Sequence record: OP114734.1
Reading direction: 5' to 3' (one strand)
Length of the DNA stretch: 64,000 nt
Origin: Escherichia phage vB_ESM-pEJ01
The position numbers and the translations under genes were made by a program. Positions 1 through 8,942 of this stretch are shown one piece after another. Positions within the stretch are counted from its first letter, which is position 1. Each line of letters starts with the position of its first letter. The notes below the pieces were generated by a model. It saw only the letters and a program-made list of their open reading frames with translations. It made no database searches and was not told where the DNA came from.

Positions 1-1
1 C

Positions 2-982
2 AGTGCACAGGTTACTCCGGCGAAAGTAGGTCAGGAATCCGAAGATGAAGTTGTAACCAAACTGATCGAAGAAGGCAAACTGGCAGAAATCGCGCATGGC
101 ATGGCTACTTCCATTGCAGAAATTCAGGAAGGCTTTAACGGTTCCAGCAATAACCCGTGGTCTGAAATGTCAATGCGTATCGACAAACAGGTTGTTGAAG
201 CGAAATCTCGCCAACTGAAAGCTCGTTACTCTATCGAAGTTGCGCAGGATCTGCGTGCTGTACACGGTATGGACGCTGACGCTGAACTGAATGCTATTTT
301 GGCTAACGAAGTTCTGTTGGAAATCAACCGTGAAATCGTTGATGTAATCAACTTTACCGCTCAGGTTGGTAAAACTGGTATGACTCAGACCGTTGGTTCT
401 AAAGCTGGTGTATTTGACCTGCAAGACCCGATCGATACTCGCGGTGCTCGTTGGGCTGGTGAATCCTTCAAATCTCTGATCTACCAGATCGACAAAGAAG
501 CTGCTGAAATCGCTCGTCAGACTGGTCGCGGTGCTGGTAACTTTGTTATCGCTTCCCGTAACGTTGTAAACATTCTGGCTTCTGCTGATCAGGGTATCAG
601 TCTTGCTATGCAGGGTGCTGCAAAAGGTCTGAATACCGACACCACTAAAGCTGTTTTCGCTGGTGTTCTGGCTGGTAAGTACAAAGTGTTCATCGACCAG
701 TATGCTCGTCAAGACTACTTCACCGTAGGTTACAAAGGCGACAACGAAATGGATGCTGGTATCTACTATGCTCCGTATGTTGCTCTGACTCCGCTGCGTG
801 CAACTGACCCGCAGTCTTTCCACCCGGTTCTGGGCTTCAAGACTCGCTATGGCATCGGTATTAACCCGTTTGCAGACAGCAAATCCCAGGCACCGTCCGC
901 TCGCATCACCTCCGGTATGTTGAGCAAAGACAGCGTAGGTAAAAACGCATACTTCCGTCGTGTATGGGTTAAAGGTTGCTAA
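2..982 (+). CDS. 23: Major capsid protein gp23, C-terminal part (5' end lies upstream of window)
   Basis: Frame open from nt 2; translation matches T4 gp23 C-terminal region; terminator and late promoter follow. Confidence 0.9.
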   Translation, partial: SAQVTPAKVGQESEDEVVTKLIEEGKLAEIAHGMATSIAEIQEGFNGSSNNPWSEMSMRIDKQVVEAKSRQLKARYSIEVAQDLRAVHGMDADAELNAILANEVLLEINREIVDVINFTAQVGKTGMTQTVGSKAGVFDLQDPIDTRGARWAGESFKSLIYQIDKEAAEIARQTGRGAGNFVIASRNVVNILASADQGISLAMQGAAKGLNTDTTKAVFAGVLAGKYKVFIDQYARQDYFTVGYKGDNEMDAGIYYAPYVALTPLRATDPQSFHPVLGFKTRYGIGINPFADSKSQAPSARITSGMLSKDSVGKNAYFRRVWVKGC

Positions 983-1066
983 TATAAGCCATTCCTGAAA
1001 AACTCCGGTCGGGTGCAATACCCGACCTATCATAAACCTTATGACAGTGTAAAGTGTTAATTCCAA

Positions 1067-1097
1067 AGGGAAGACTCGAAAGGGTCTTCCCTTTTTG
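1067..1097 (+). terminator. Intrinsic terminator after gene 23
   Basis: 9 bp stem AGGGAAGAC/GTCTTCCCT followed by TTTTT. Confidence 0.6.
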
Positions 1098-1112
1098 CGT
1101 ATTATATCCCGT

Positions 1113-1120
1113 TATAAATA
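1113..1120 (+). promoter_or_regulatory. T4-type late promoter box TATAAATA
   Basis: Exact TATAAATA just after the gene 23 terminator. Confidence 0.5.
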
Positions 1121-1481
1121 AGGTTGCAAGCCTATATTCTATTGGGAGCGAAAATAGATACACACAACAAAGACAGGAAGATGCAGAACATCGGTGGGTT
1201 GCTAGCCTAAATCCGGTGGCTATGATATGTGATTTCTTTTGATGCTGGATTTATTAAAACACAACAAACAATTCCACCAATTTTCGTAGTAACTGCATGG
1301 CAAAGGGACCAATGAATGAAATGAGCGTTCATGTTGATATTGGGTCGGATAGATTTGGTAGATATACAGATCTGGTGTATGCCGACCTTGTTATGACATT
1401 CCAGTGTGACGCTAGCGGTAATTTTTGGTTTTGGTACGCTGTTCCCCGAATTAACCCAAAATTCTCCATAAGGAGGAATGC

Positions 1482-1634
1482 ATGAGTAAGAAAGAAAACA
1501 GCTATGTTATGACTCGTAAGGAATACAACGAATTGATGTTAGCATTAGCTTATGCAATTATTCGTTCTGATCATGCAATTAATCTGGTAAACAAAGTTAA
1601 CCGTAGCGTTGATAATGTTTCTAGGAAGAAGTAA
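1482..1634 (+). CDS. Small hypothetical protein (50 aa)
   Basis: ATG 6 nt after AAGGAGG; ORF MSKKENSYVMTRKEYNEL...; below the 60 aa cutoff of the ORF track. Confidence 0.45.
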   Translation: MSKKENSYVMTRKEYNELMLALAYAIIRSDHAINLVNKVNRSVDNVSRKK

Positions 1635-1673
1635 GTTTATTTTTGGAATCCTTTGGATTCCTTTTTCTTTTTG

Positions 1674-1681
1674 TATAAATA
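1674..1681 (+). promoter_or_regulatory. T4-type late promoter box TATAAATA upstream of gene 24
   Basis: Exact TATAAATA about 38 nt upstream of the gene 24 ATG. Confidence 0.6.
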
Positions 1682-1718
1682 TGATATATCCATTAAGGCA
1701 AATACAGGATTCATAAAC

Positions 1719-2960
1719 ATGACTCATATTTTTACTGAACTGTTGCGGGAATCTACTTCCTCAGTAGCTAACCAGACAGCGCGACCGCAACTATTATCAT
1801 TAACTCGCGCGGTAAACAACCTGATTTTCTCTGATCTGGTAGCAATCCAGCCAACGGATCAACCAGTATCTGCATTGTACGGCCTACGTTATCTTAATCA
1901 TGATGGTCAGATGACTTTCCGAACTGCTGCGACCTACGGTGGCGCGGCTGGTGATCGCACAGAGATTGAAGAGTTTTCAAAAGAAAAATCTTATGAAGAA
2001 GGCGCACTATTCAAATCAGGCGATGTTGTATACGAAGTTGTGACCGCTGGTACAGTCGGTGAAGATGCCGCAACTCCAGAAGCTGCGATCTTTAAAGGCG
2101 TAATGACAAACAAAATTCGTTTCTATAGCGATTGTGCATCGGTAGAATACTTTGAAGATAAAAACACCGAAATTTCGTCTACCTCTATGCAGTTTGATAA
2201 ATGGCAGGTTAATGTAGGTTCTCGTAAACTGAAAACCTCATTCACGACCGAATTGATGCAGGATCTTGAGGCAAGCCAAATCAACTCTGAAAACTCTGTA
2301 ATTGATCTTCTGGCTACTGTTGCTTCCGAAGAGATCAACAAAGATATTATTCAGAAGTTGATCACTGTATCATCTCGCTATAAAATTAAAGGGATCACCC
2401 CTGATGGCGTACTTTCTCTCGTTAGCGTTCAGGATGCACCAACACAAGCGCGTGAACTTTACCGCTACGCGTGCGAAATGAGCAATCAAATGTTGCGTAC
2501 TTCCTCCTTTGCTGGTACATACGTTTTGGCTTCTTCTCGCGTGGTTGGCCTCCTGCAATCTACCGGGTGGATGGAAGAAACCGACAATGCTCTAAGCGAA
2601 GGTCGTCTACGTTGCGGTCTGGAAGTGTACGCAGACACGACAACACCTTTCGATTATATGCTCGTTGGTTGTAAGCACATGATCGGTGATATGGAGAGTG
2701 TAGGTTCTCTGTTCTACTCCCCATATACAGAAGCCGACGGCGCTGGCGCGTATAAGAGCGTAATTGACCCTAATAGCTTCCAGCATCATGTAGCTATTAT
2801 GAATCGTTATTCACTCTCTGTCAACCCATACACATCAAAAGTTGATCAGGAAGAACACCAGGTCATCAAGGGTGACGATTGGGGTAAAATGGCTGGACGT
2901 TCAGAAATGTCCTACATTTTAGGAATCGAACTGCCACCGCTTGAGATTGACAACGCTTAA
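1719..2960 (+). CDS. 24: Capsid vertex protein gp24
   Basis: Translation from internal Met MTHIFTELLRESTSS... aligns with T4 gp24 (ELLRESTxT, SDxVAxQ, MAGRS motifs); late promoter upstream. Confidence 0.9.
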   Translation: MTHIFTELLRESTSSVANQTARPQLLSLTRAVNNLIFSDLVAIQPTDQPVSALYGLRYLNHDGQMTFRTAATYGGAAGDRTEIEEFSKEKSYEEGALFKSGDVVYEVVTAGTVGEDAATPEAAIFKGVMTNKIRFYSDCASVEYFEDKNTEISSTSMQFDKWQVNVGSRKLKTSFTTELMQDLEASQINSENSVIDLLATVASEEINKDIIQKLITVSSRYKIKGITPDGVLSLVSVQDAPTQARELYRYACEMSNQMLRTSSFAGTYVLASSRVVGLLQSTGWMEETDNALSEGRLRCGLEVYADTTTPFDYMLVGCKHMIGDMESVGSLFYSPYTEADGAGAYKSVIDPNSFQHHVAIMNRYSLSVNPYTSKVDQEEHQVIKGDDWGKMAGRSEMSYILGIELPPLEIDNA

Positions 2961-3548
2961 CTAAATATCTAACCAAGACAAGTCAGATCCGCCCAAGATT
3001 TTTTCGACGGCGGATCTATTTTCTTGATGATATAAGTTAAAACATGGTATCCCATGTCTACGGGCAACATAAACAGCAATTCGAGTTCCTCCCGAAACGA
3101 TTCCATTAACTTCTTTCGCCCAGAATATCACACAATCTACAGGATCATCAAGTGTCTCACCTAAGACTTGAGCAACATTTCTAGAAAACAGATTTTGCAT
3201 GTATAACGGTATAGAACGAGGATTATCATAAACGTGTTCTAATTCATCCATCGCCAGATTCTTTTGTTCTAAGGTTTGCCATGCAATAACATCATGACCG
3301 TTATGCTTATGGTCATAAAACTTCCAAATTGGAATGAAAATTTTTCTATAATCTGGATCGTAATACTTCATGAAAGCATTGTCCATACCGTAAGCCCCTC
3401 CAGAATGCGCTACAACGCGATTTTCTGACAATACCCTCCCAATGGTACTAGCCATTATCAAAATGTCGTTAGGCGCTTTTCTAGAGCCTATCAAAGCACA
3501 TCTACGAAGTGGTTTTACTCCAAATAGATCTTGTAACTGGTCAAACAT
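2961..3548 (-). CDS. DprA/Smf-like Rossmann-fold (SLOG superfamily) protein
   Basis: Motifs HSGGAYGMDNAF, FSRNVAQVLG and SGGTRIAVYVA resemble the DprA/LOG Rossmann core; sits where T4 has rnlB. Confidence 0.4.
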   Translation of the reverse strand: MFDQLQDLFGVKPLRRCALIGSRKAPNDILIMASTIGRVLSENRVVAHSGGAYGMDNAFMKYYDPDYRKIFIPIWKFYDHKHNGHDVIAWQTLEQKNLAMDELEHVYDNPRSIPLYMQNLFSRNVAQVLGETLDDPVDCVIFWAKEVNGIVSGGTRIAVYVARRHGIPCFNLYHQENRSAVEKILGGSDLSWLDI

Positions 3549-3572
3549 AATATTTCCTCCATAGAAAGCAAT

Positions 3573-3601
3573 ATCATACTACAAGTTAATAACAAATGCA
3601 A
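3573..3601 (-). promoter_or_regulatory. Sigma70-type promoter (TTGCAT-N17-TATGAT on - strand)
   Basis: -35/-10 hexamers with 17 nt spacer about 25 nt upstream of the 2961..3548 start. Confidence 0.5.
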
Positions 3602-3668
3602 GTATCCGCGTAGCGGAAGCGAGCACAGCGAGCAATAAAAACACTTCCAGTAATTGATTAATAAATGT

Positions 3669-3727
3669 TCGAAACAAATTTTTATTATTCTATAAGATAA
3701 GTCTTCGTTTTGATCATAATTTAATCA
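3669..3727. repeat. ~60 bp repeat unit, copy 1 (CGAAACAAATTTTTATTATTCTATAAGATAAGTCTTCGTTTTGATCATAATTTAATCA)
   Basis: Near-identical to 3817..3876 and, inverted, to 55212..55270. Confidence 0.7.
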
Positions 3728-3816
3728 TACATGTAAAAACTACACAAAAGGATATCGCTTCGCGAACCCCTACGGAGTATAACATTTGTGTTACAATATG
3801 TAGTGATTAATAATTA

Positions 3817-3876
3817 ACCAAAGATACATTTTCTATGTTCTAAAGATCTTTCTTCGTTTTGATCATAATTTAATCA
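3817..3876. repeat. ~60 bp repeat unit, copy 2
   Basis: Direct repeat of copy 1; both share the 26-mer TCTTCGTTTTGATCATAATTTAATCA. Confidence 0.7.
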
Positions 3877-3934
3877 AACAGTATTAATATTGTGCACATG
3901 TAAACTAAAATTATGTTAATAACAGATACAAAAA

Positions 3935-3954
3935 AGCCGCCCAGAAGGACGGCT
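3935..3954 (-). terminator. Intrinsic terminator (- strand)
   Basis: Stem AGCCGTCC/GGGCGGCT with one G-U pair, then T-run on the - strand. Confidence 0.55.
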
Positions 3955-3962
3955 AATGTTAA

Positions 3963-4400
3963 TTATTTGTTGATAACGATCTGATTTCGGCGAATGGTAA
4001 CATTACTCTTAGAGATGATCAGATCATCCGGCACTACGTTAGTTTTGTATGGTTGGAATCGAACAAGCATCTGATTGCGTTTAGACCATTCCTTAATCTT
4101 GATTTCCATCTGGATATTGTTGCCTACGTGAGCAACCGCAATTTCACCTTTATTCTCATAGACCCACTTGCTGGTAACGTCTCCAGCAAAAGCCTTAATA
4201 ACTTGCAATGCTTCGTCGTATGCGGTAGAGCTGTGAACTTTCAGAAGGCCAGCCGTAGCAAGACGGGAGCAGGTGATCGCCGGAGATTGCCAAACATCAA
4301 CATTAATTTGCTCAATCAGAGTAACACCGCCCTGATCAACTGCTTTGAATGCTTCGAACATTGCCTTTTTCATTGCTACGTGGTTTTTACGGAATTTCAT
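3963..4400 (-). CDS. Hypothetical protein (145 aa)
   Basis: ORF with terminator immediately downstream; no recognisable motif. Confidence 0.6.
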   Translation of the reverse strand: MKFRKNHVAMKKAMFEAFKAVDQGGVTLIEQINVDVWQSPAITCSRLATAGLLKVHSSTAYDEALQVIKAFAGDVTSKWVYENKGEIAVAHVGNNIQMEIKIKEWSKRNQMLVRFQPYKTNVVPDDLIISKSNVTIRRNQIVINK

Positions 4401-4446
4401 AATTAGTCACCTCTATTGATTAGTTATTCAGAATATTAATTACAAA

Positions 4447-4722
4447 TCAGGACATTGCCCGTTTGAATGCGTCCATTATAACAGTGTTATTTGGCTTGTC
4501 AACACGTTTTTGAACTTTATTTTTAAATTTTTTGTTGATGTGGTGTTTACGATAAACAACCTTTTCACGATTGGCGTAAGACTCTCGTGCATCTTTTACC
4601 ATCAACCATGCCTTAGCCGCATCTTGTCCGCTGATCCCGCCAATCTTCTTAGCAATATCAACAAAATTAAGACCGTGGTCTTCGCGTAGCATGTAAACCA
4701 TTAACGCTGTTTTCTTGTCCAT
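4447..4722 (-). CDS. Small HTH-like DNA-binding protein (91 aa)
   Basis: Helix-turn-helix-like segment FVDIAKKIGGISGQDAAKAWL; basic C-terminus. Confidence 0.45.
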   Translation of the reverse strand: MDKKTALMVYMLREDHGLNFVDIAKKIGGISGQDAAKAWLMVKDARESYANREKVVYRKHHINKKFKNKVQKRVDKPNNTVIMDAFKRAMS

Positions 4723-4919
4723 TACTTCGCCTCATTGACGATTAACAGGATAGTGATCAGTACCGGAAACTGGATCATGACAGTACCAAAAAACCGGATA
4801 AACGCATTTTCTGACTTCCACACATGACATGCGACTAGCTGATAGACCATTGTTGCAACCAAAGCCAGAAAATACATCTCGATTGGTGCTTCTTTGATCA
4901 ATCGTACAATCTCATTCAT
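4722..4919 (-). CDS. Small membrane protein (65 aa, two hydrophobic helices)
   Basis: Hydrophobic segments YFLALVATMVYQLVA and FFGTVMIQFPVLITILLIV; overlaps downstream start. Confidence 0.5.
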   Translation of the reverse strand: MNEIVRLIKEAPIEMYFLALVATMVYQLVACHVWKSENAFIRFFGTVMIQFPVLITILLIVNEAK

Positions 4920-4927
4920 ACTTCACC

Positions 4928-4999
4928 TCATACATTCATAAACACAACAACGAATAATACAGTAACAGTTATCAACGCCATTTTCAACCCCATATTCAT
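4928..4999 (-). CDS. Possible 23 aa hydrophobic micro-ORF
   Basis: ATG after GAGGAGAAG; MNMGLKMALITVTVLFVVVFMNV; just downstream of a promoter. Confidence 0.25.
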   Translation of the reverse strand: MNMGLKMALITVTVLFVVVFMNV

Positions 5000-5046
5000 A
5001 ATATTTTCTTCTCCTCACTATGGACAGTAGCATGTCGATGCGTGCC

Positions 5047-5074
5047 ATTATAGGCATCTAAATCGCTCTGTCAA
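5047..5074 (-). promoter_or_regulatory. Sigma70-type early promoter (TTGACA-N16-TATAAT on - strand)
   Basis: Consensus hexamers immediately downstream of the hoc terminator. Confidence 0.55.
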
Positions 5075-5089
5075 GCACAAAAACAAAAA

Positions 5090-5109
5090 AGCCACCCCGA
5101 AGGATGGCT
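5090..5109 (-). terminator. Intrinsic terminator after hoc
   Basis: Stem AGCCATCC/GGGTGGCT followed by T-run on the - strand. Confidence 0.6.
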
Positions 5110-5120
5110 GATAGATTTCA

Positions 5121-6335
5121 TTAAGCAGGATGCGTTTCACGAATGCGTAGAACTCGCTCTAACGTATCTCGGTCCAGTTTATGTAACTCTTTGGAATGAT
5201 ACATGAAACCATTGCGAGATTCCATGCAAGTGCAGTCACTATATTTTTCTTCCGCTGCCGCGATTGTCTCCAGATCTTTGGCGTACTTGCTGGTTGAATA
5301 AACTTCTCTGTTACGCCACTCTAACCCAGCCTCATTGAATTTAACAATCTCGTCAAATACCCACCATCCAATGTAGATAAATGAAGTTTTGCGCCACGGG
5401 ATCGGGTGTACGTAACGAAACATTTTAACAACTTCCATTGAACATTTTCTACTTGTACTTGTTGCAACTTCTACTGTTTCATCTTCGATCTGTTGATATA
5501 GTTTAGCAACACACCAGAATTTGGCTGTGTCATCGTAAGTAGCACTCTCTTTGAACAGATGACCGTCTGGAGTGATAGAAAATCCTTCCAGTGCTTCGCC
5601 AACCTCACTACCGATCAGAGTCGGTGGTATTTGCCCTTCGCGCTGCAAATACCAGTTATATTTGATCGTCAAATTAGGCATACCGCTAGAATCGCCTACA
5701 ATGTTCTCTGACACAACATAATTAAGTAAGATCTCATTACCTAGTGCCACGGTCTTTGATTCCACCACATCCTGATCTACGTTCATTGTTGCCAGCATGA
5801 TTTTAGTCGATGCGCTAGCGGCTGAATCTTCCGACTCACCCCACACTTTTACAGTATACACGCCGTTTTTATCTGCTGTAAATTCTTGGATCGTAATATC
5901 CTTTTTTGTGTCTATAACGCCATCGCCCTTACTCCAACTATAATGTAGTTCATAGTTGTCTGATGGAGTCTTCCCACCCGAAAATTTTACTGTTGCATGT
6001 AATTCTACGTTTGTTTGTGATGATACGTAGAAATGCTGCGGTTCGGTGATATTTACGATTAATTCAGCTTCTTCAATGAGGAAAACTTCAGATTCTACTG
6101 ATGTCATCGTATCGGTATCCTGTACCGTTACTTTATAGCTACCCGCATTTTCACTTGTTGCGTCTGCTACAGTTAGCGTAGCTGTGCTATTTTCATGCGG
6201 TTGGTCGTCTTTTGTCCATGTATATGTCAAATTGCTGGGTAATGGTTCGTCACCCGCTACAGTCGCCGTTAAGGTGAAACCATCTCCAGCAAGAAAACAT
6301 CTTTTGTCAGATTTAATTGATACTGTGAAAGTCAT
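5121..6335 (-). CDS. hoc: Hoc, highly immunogenic outer capsid protein
   Basis: Repeated Ig-like modules (TYTWTKDD, YSWSKGD) plus C-terminal module; position next to inh as in T4. Confidence 0.8.
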   Translation of the reverse strand: MTFTVSIKSDKRCFLAGDGFTLTATVAGDEPLPSNLTYTWTKDDQPHENSTATLTVADATSENAGSYKVTVQDTDTMTSVESEVFLIEEAELIVNITEPQHFYVSSQTNVELHATVKFSGGKTPSDNYELHYSWSKGDGVIDTKKDITIQEFTADKNGVYTVKVWGESEDSAASASTKIMLATMNVDQDVVESKTVALGNEILLNYVVSENIVGDSSGMPNLTIKYNWYLQREGQIPPTLIGSEVGEALEGFSITPDGHLFKESATYDDTAKFWCVAKLYQQIEDETVEVATSTSRKCSMEVVKMFRYVHPIPWRKTSFIYIGWWVFDEIVKFNEAGLEWRNREVYSTSKYAKDLETIAAAEEKYSDCTCMESRNGFMYHSKELHKLDRDTLERVLRIRETHPA

Positions 6336-6504
6336 ATAAAGCCACTCCCATAGAAAATCCGAATTTAATTAATTGAAATAGTTGATTGCCATCAACCAGA
6401 TAACCATTGCGAGATTCCAATACATGAGTATTAGAATAGTGATGCCACGAGGCCGAAATAGTATCGATCTCGTCTGGGTATTTGTTCTGTTTGATGTAAT
6501 ACAT
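6313..6504 (-). CDS. Small ORF resembling the Hoc C-terminal module
   Basis: HYSNTHVLESRNGYLVDGNQLFQL vs Hoc KYSDCTCMESRNGFMYHSKELHKL; shared 18-mer AACCATTGCGAGATTCCA at about 5207 and 6403. Confidence 0.35.
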   Translation of the reverse strand: MYYIKQNKYPDEIDTISASWHHYSNTHVLESRNGYLVDGNQLFQLIKFGFSMGVALYDFHSIN

Positions 6505-6600
6505 TGATTTTGTTAGACATGTAGTATCCTCTTTTTAATTGCATAACGGAACTACAATTAAAATTATAACAAATATTTCACAACTTTTATCACCCAAAAA

Positions 6601-7326
6601 TTACTTGAGTGTGTGGAATTGGCTGTGTTTAGTCTCTCGCACCTTGACAGACCCATCGCGTTTGATATAATAGATCAGCGACTTGAGGGTGTCGTGTACA
6701 TACGCGTGCGGGAAACGTTCTGGATACTTCTTCCAATCTGGAGTATTAACGATCCAGTCGAAAATCCACCACGGGCAGGAGTAGTAACCACGACCGCCAC
6801 CGATCAAGCAAATGGTCGGACGGAAGCCAGTAAGATCGCAAAATGAATCAGTGTCATGTGCTGGGGAACGATGCTCTGCTTCGTTAGAGAAAATGTTGGC
6901 TACCGGAGATTCCACTTTAACTTCCGGTGCTTCTTCAACATATGACTTAACTTCTTCGACCACTGGTTCAACTGCCGGAGATTCTTCTTTTGTTTCTTCA
7001 ATGACGATCTCAGGTTCTTTCATTGCTTCAACCAGAGACGGATCAACTTCGTCGAATACCACTTTATCATCTGCGGTGTCTGCTGCCAGAATAAGATCGT
7101 TAATACTGGTTCCTTCCGCCGGAGTTTCTTCTTCCATTTCGGAAGCCAGTTTAGTTAATTCTGTTTCTACGAACTCGATCATGTTCTCTAGCGAGAGCGT
7201 CTTTTTGACCTTTATATCAAATTGTTTTGCGTAGTCCGCTAATTCTGTTTTAGCGACTTTCTGTGATTCTTTGTCGTCGGACGCCGCAATAGCGCGGAGT
7301 TCTTCGAAATATTCTTTATCAAACAT
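6601..7326 (-). CDS. inh: Inh-like protein (inhibitor of prohead protease), putative
   Basis: Position upstream of hoc as in T4; acidic central region; identity not verified. Confidence 0.45.
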   Translation of the reverse strand: MFDKEYFEELRAIAASDDKESQKVAKTELADYAKQFDIKVKKTLSLENMIEFVETELTKLASEMEEETPAEGTSINDLILAADTADDKVVFDEVDPSLVEAMKEPEIVIEETKEESPAVEPVVEEVKSYVEEAPEVKVESPVANIFSNEAEHRSPAHDTDSFCDLTGFRPTICLIGGGRGYYSCPWWIFDWIVNTPDWKKYPERFPHAYVHDTLKSLIYYIKRDGSVKVRETKHSQFHTLK

Positions 7327-7352
7327 GTTATTCTCCTGATTGGGGGTGTTTG

Positions 7353-7360
7353 TATAAATA
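7353..7360 (+). promoter_or_regulatory. T4-type late promoter box TATAAATA upstream of uvsW
   Basis: Exact TATAAATA about 37 nt upstream of the uvsW ATG. Confidence 0.6.
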
Positions 7361-7396
7361 TTTGTATACTGTATTTATTGAGTGAGGCTATTCGCT

Positions 7397-8899
7397 ATGC
7401 AAGATATTAAAATTCACTTTCTGAACTACTCCCATGTTCAAATTGAATGTAGCGATTCAATTTTATTAGAAATGCGAGATTATTTTAGTTTTGAAGTCGA
7501 GGGAGCGCGGTTTCAAAAAAGATTTAAGTATGGTGGATGGGATGGGCGTATTCGTCTTTTAGATTACAACGGAAAGCTGCCAATCGGCCTAACTAAAACC
7601 GTGGGAATCTTCGCTAAAAATATGGGCTATAGCGTATGGGTAGATCCTCGCTTATTCGAAAAAGAACAAGTTACAGAAGAAGAAATTACAAAATGGTGTA
7701 ATGACTTAGAATTATATTCCGGTGCTAACAGGATCACCCCGCATTGGTATCAATCAAAGGCCGTCTTTGAAGGTATTCATCATAAACGCCGTATGTTAGT
7801 TTTGCCTACGTCCGCTGGTAAATCTGCGATTGCTTGTATGTTGTCTCGTTGGTACTTAGAGAACTACGAAGGGAAAGTGTTGATCATCGTTCCTACCACG
7901 TCGCTAGTGCTGCAAATGCGTGATGACTTTGTTGATTATCGCCAGTTTCCTTATGAAGCAATTCATACTATCATGAGCGGTACTAGTAAACACGTAGGTG
8001 ATCGCCTGATCGTTGTTAGTACGTGGCAATCTGCATGTAAACAACCTCGTGAGTGGTTCCAACAATTCGGGATGGTTATTGTTGACGAATGTCATAAAGC
8101 CACTGCTAAAAACCTGCTAAACATCGTTACTGATATGGATCATTGCCAGTTCAAAATCGGTATGACTGGTTCCCCGAAAGAATCAAAGTGCCATTTAATG
8201 CAGTATGTCGGGCTTTTCGGTGATATTTCTAAGATCGTGAGTATTGACCGCCTGATGGAAGAAGGCCAGGTGACAAAACTGAAAATTAACTGTCTTTTCC
8301 TTCGTTATACCGATGAGGAATGTAGCGCGGTTAAGGGGCGAGAATATGCGGAAGAGATCAAGTATATTACGTCTAACCCACGACGAAATAAGTTTGCTTG
8401 TAATTTGGCGCTAAAACTCGCTAAGAAGGGCGAAAACGTATTCCTGATGTTCCGCAATACTAAGCACGGAAAACTTATGTATGACGCGTTACAGAAGGTA
8501 CACGACAAGGTTTATTATATTGACGGTGGAGTTAAGACAGAAGAACGTGATGAATTTAAGAAAATGGCGGAGGGTGACACCGGGATCATTTGTGTTGCGT
8601 CTTATGGTGTGTTCTCTACTGGTGTTTCAATTAAGAATTTGCACCATGTTATTTTCGGTCATCCAGTGAAGGAATCAACTATCGTTCGTCAGAGTATCGG
8701 TCGTGCATTGCGCAAACATGGTTCTAAGGATATTGCAACGGTCTGGGATCTTATAGATCATCTGGCGGTGAAGACAAAGAGCAAGAATGCTAAGAAACAG
8801 TTTAGTCACCTTAATTATGCTCTTAAACATGCCCTTGAAAGAATAAAAATTTACAACACCGACCGATTTGAATATGTCACGAAAACCATCGAGATTTAA
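7397..8899 (+). CDS. uvsW: UvsW DNA helicase
   Basis: Aligns with T4 UvsW from MQDIKIHF; Walker A LPTSAGKS, DECH box, helicase C motifs. Confidence 0.93.
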   Translation: MQDIKIHFLNYSHVQIECSDSILLEMRDYFSFEVEGARFQKRFKYGGWDGRIRLLDYNGKLPIGLTKTVGIFAKNMGYSVWVDPRLFEKEQVTEEEITKWCNDLELYSGANRITPHWYQSKAVFEGIHHKRRMLVLPTSAGKSAIACMLSRWYLENYEGKVLIIVPTTSLVLQMRDDFVDYRQFPYEAIHTIMSGTSKHVGDRLIVVSTWQSACKQPREWFQQFGMVIVDECHKATAKNLLNIVTDMDHCQFKIGMTGSPKESKCHLMQYVGLFGDISKIVSIDRLMEEGQVTKLKINCLFLRYTDEECSAVKGREYAEEIKYITSNPRRNKFACNLALKLAKKGENVFLMFRNTKHGKLMYDALQKVHDKVYYIDGGVKTEERDEFKKMAEGDTGIICVASYGVFSTGVSIKNLHHVIFGHPVKESTIVRQSIGRALRKHGSKDIATVWDLIDHLAVKTKSKNAKKQFSHLNYALKHALERIKIYNTDRFEYVTKTIEI

Positions 8900-8905
8900 T
8901 AAATA

Positions 8906-8929
8906 GGGGCTTTAATGCCCCTTTATTCT
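8906..8929 (+). terminator. Weak intrinsic terminator after uvsW
   Basis: Stem GGGGC/GCCCC followed by TTTATT. Confidence 0.4.
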
Positions 8930-8942
8930 ACGGAGATTAAAA

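Noticed and set aside
6812-7234. Plus-strand ORF (140 aa, Ser/Thr-rich) inside the inh-like gene
   Set aside because: Antisense shadow of the - strand gene, low-complexity translation, no ribosome-binding site.
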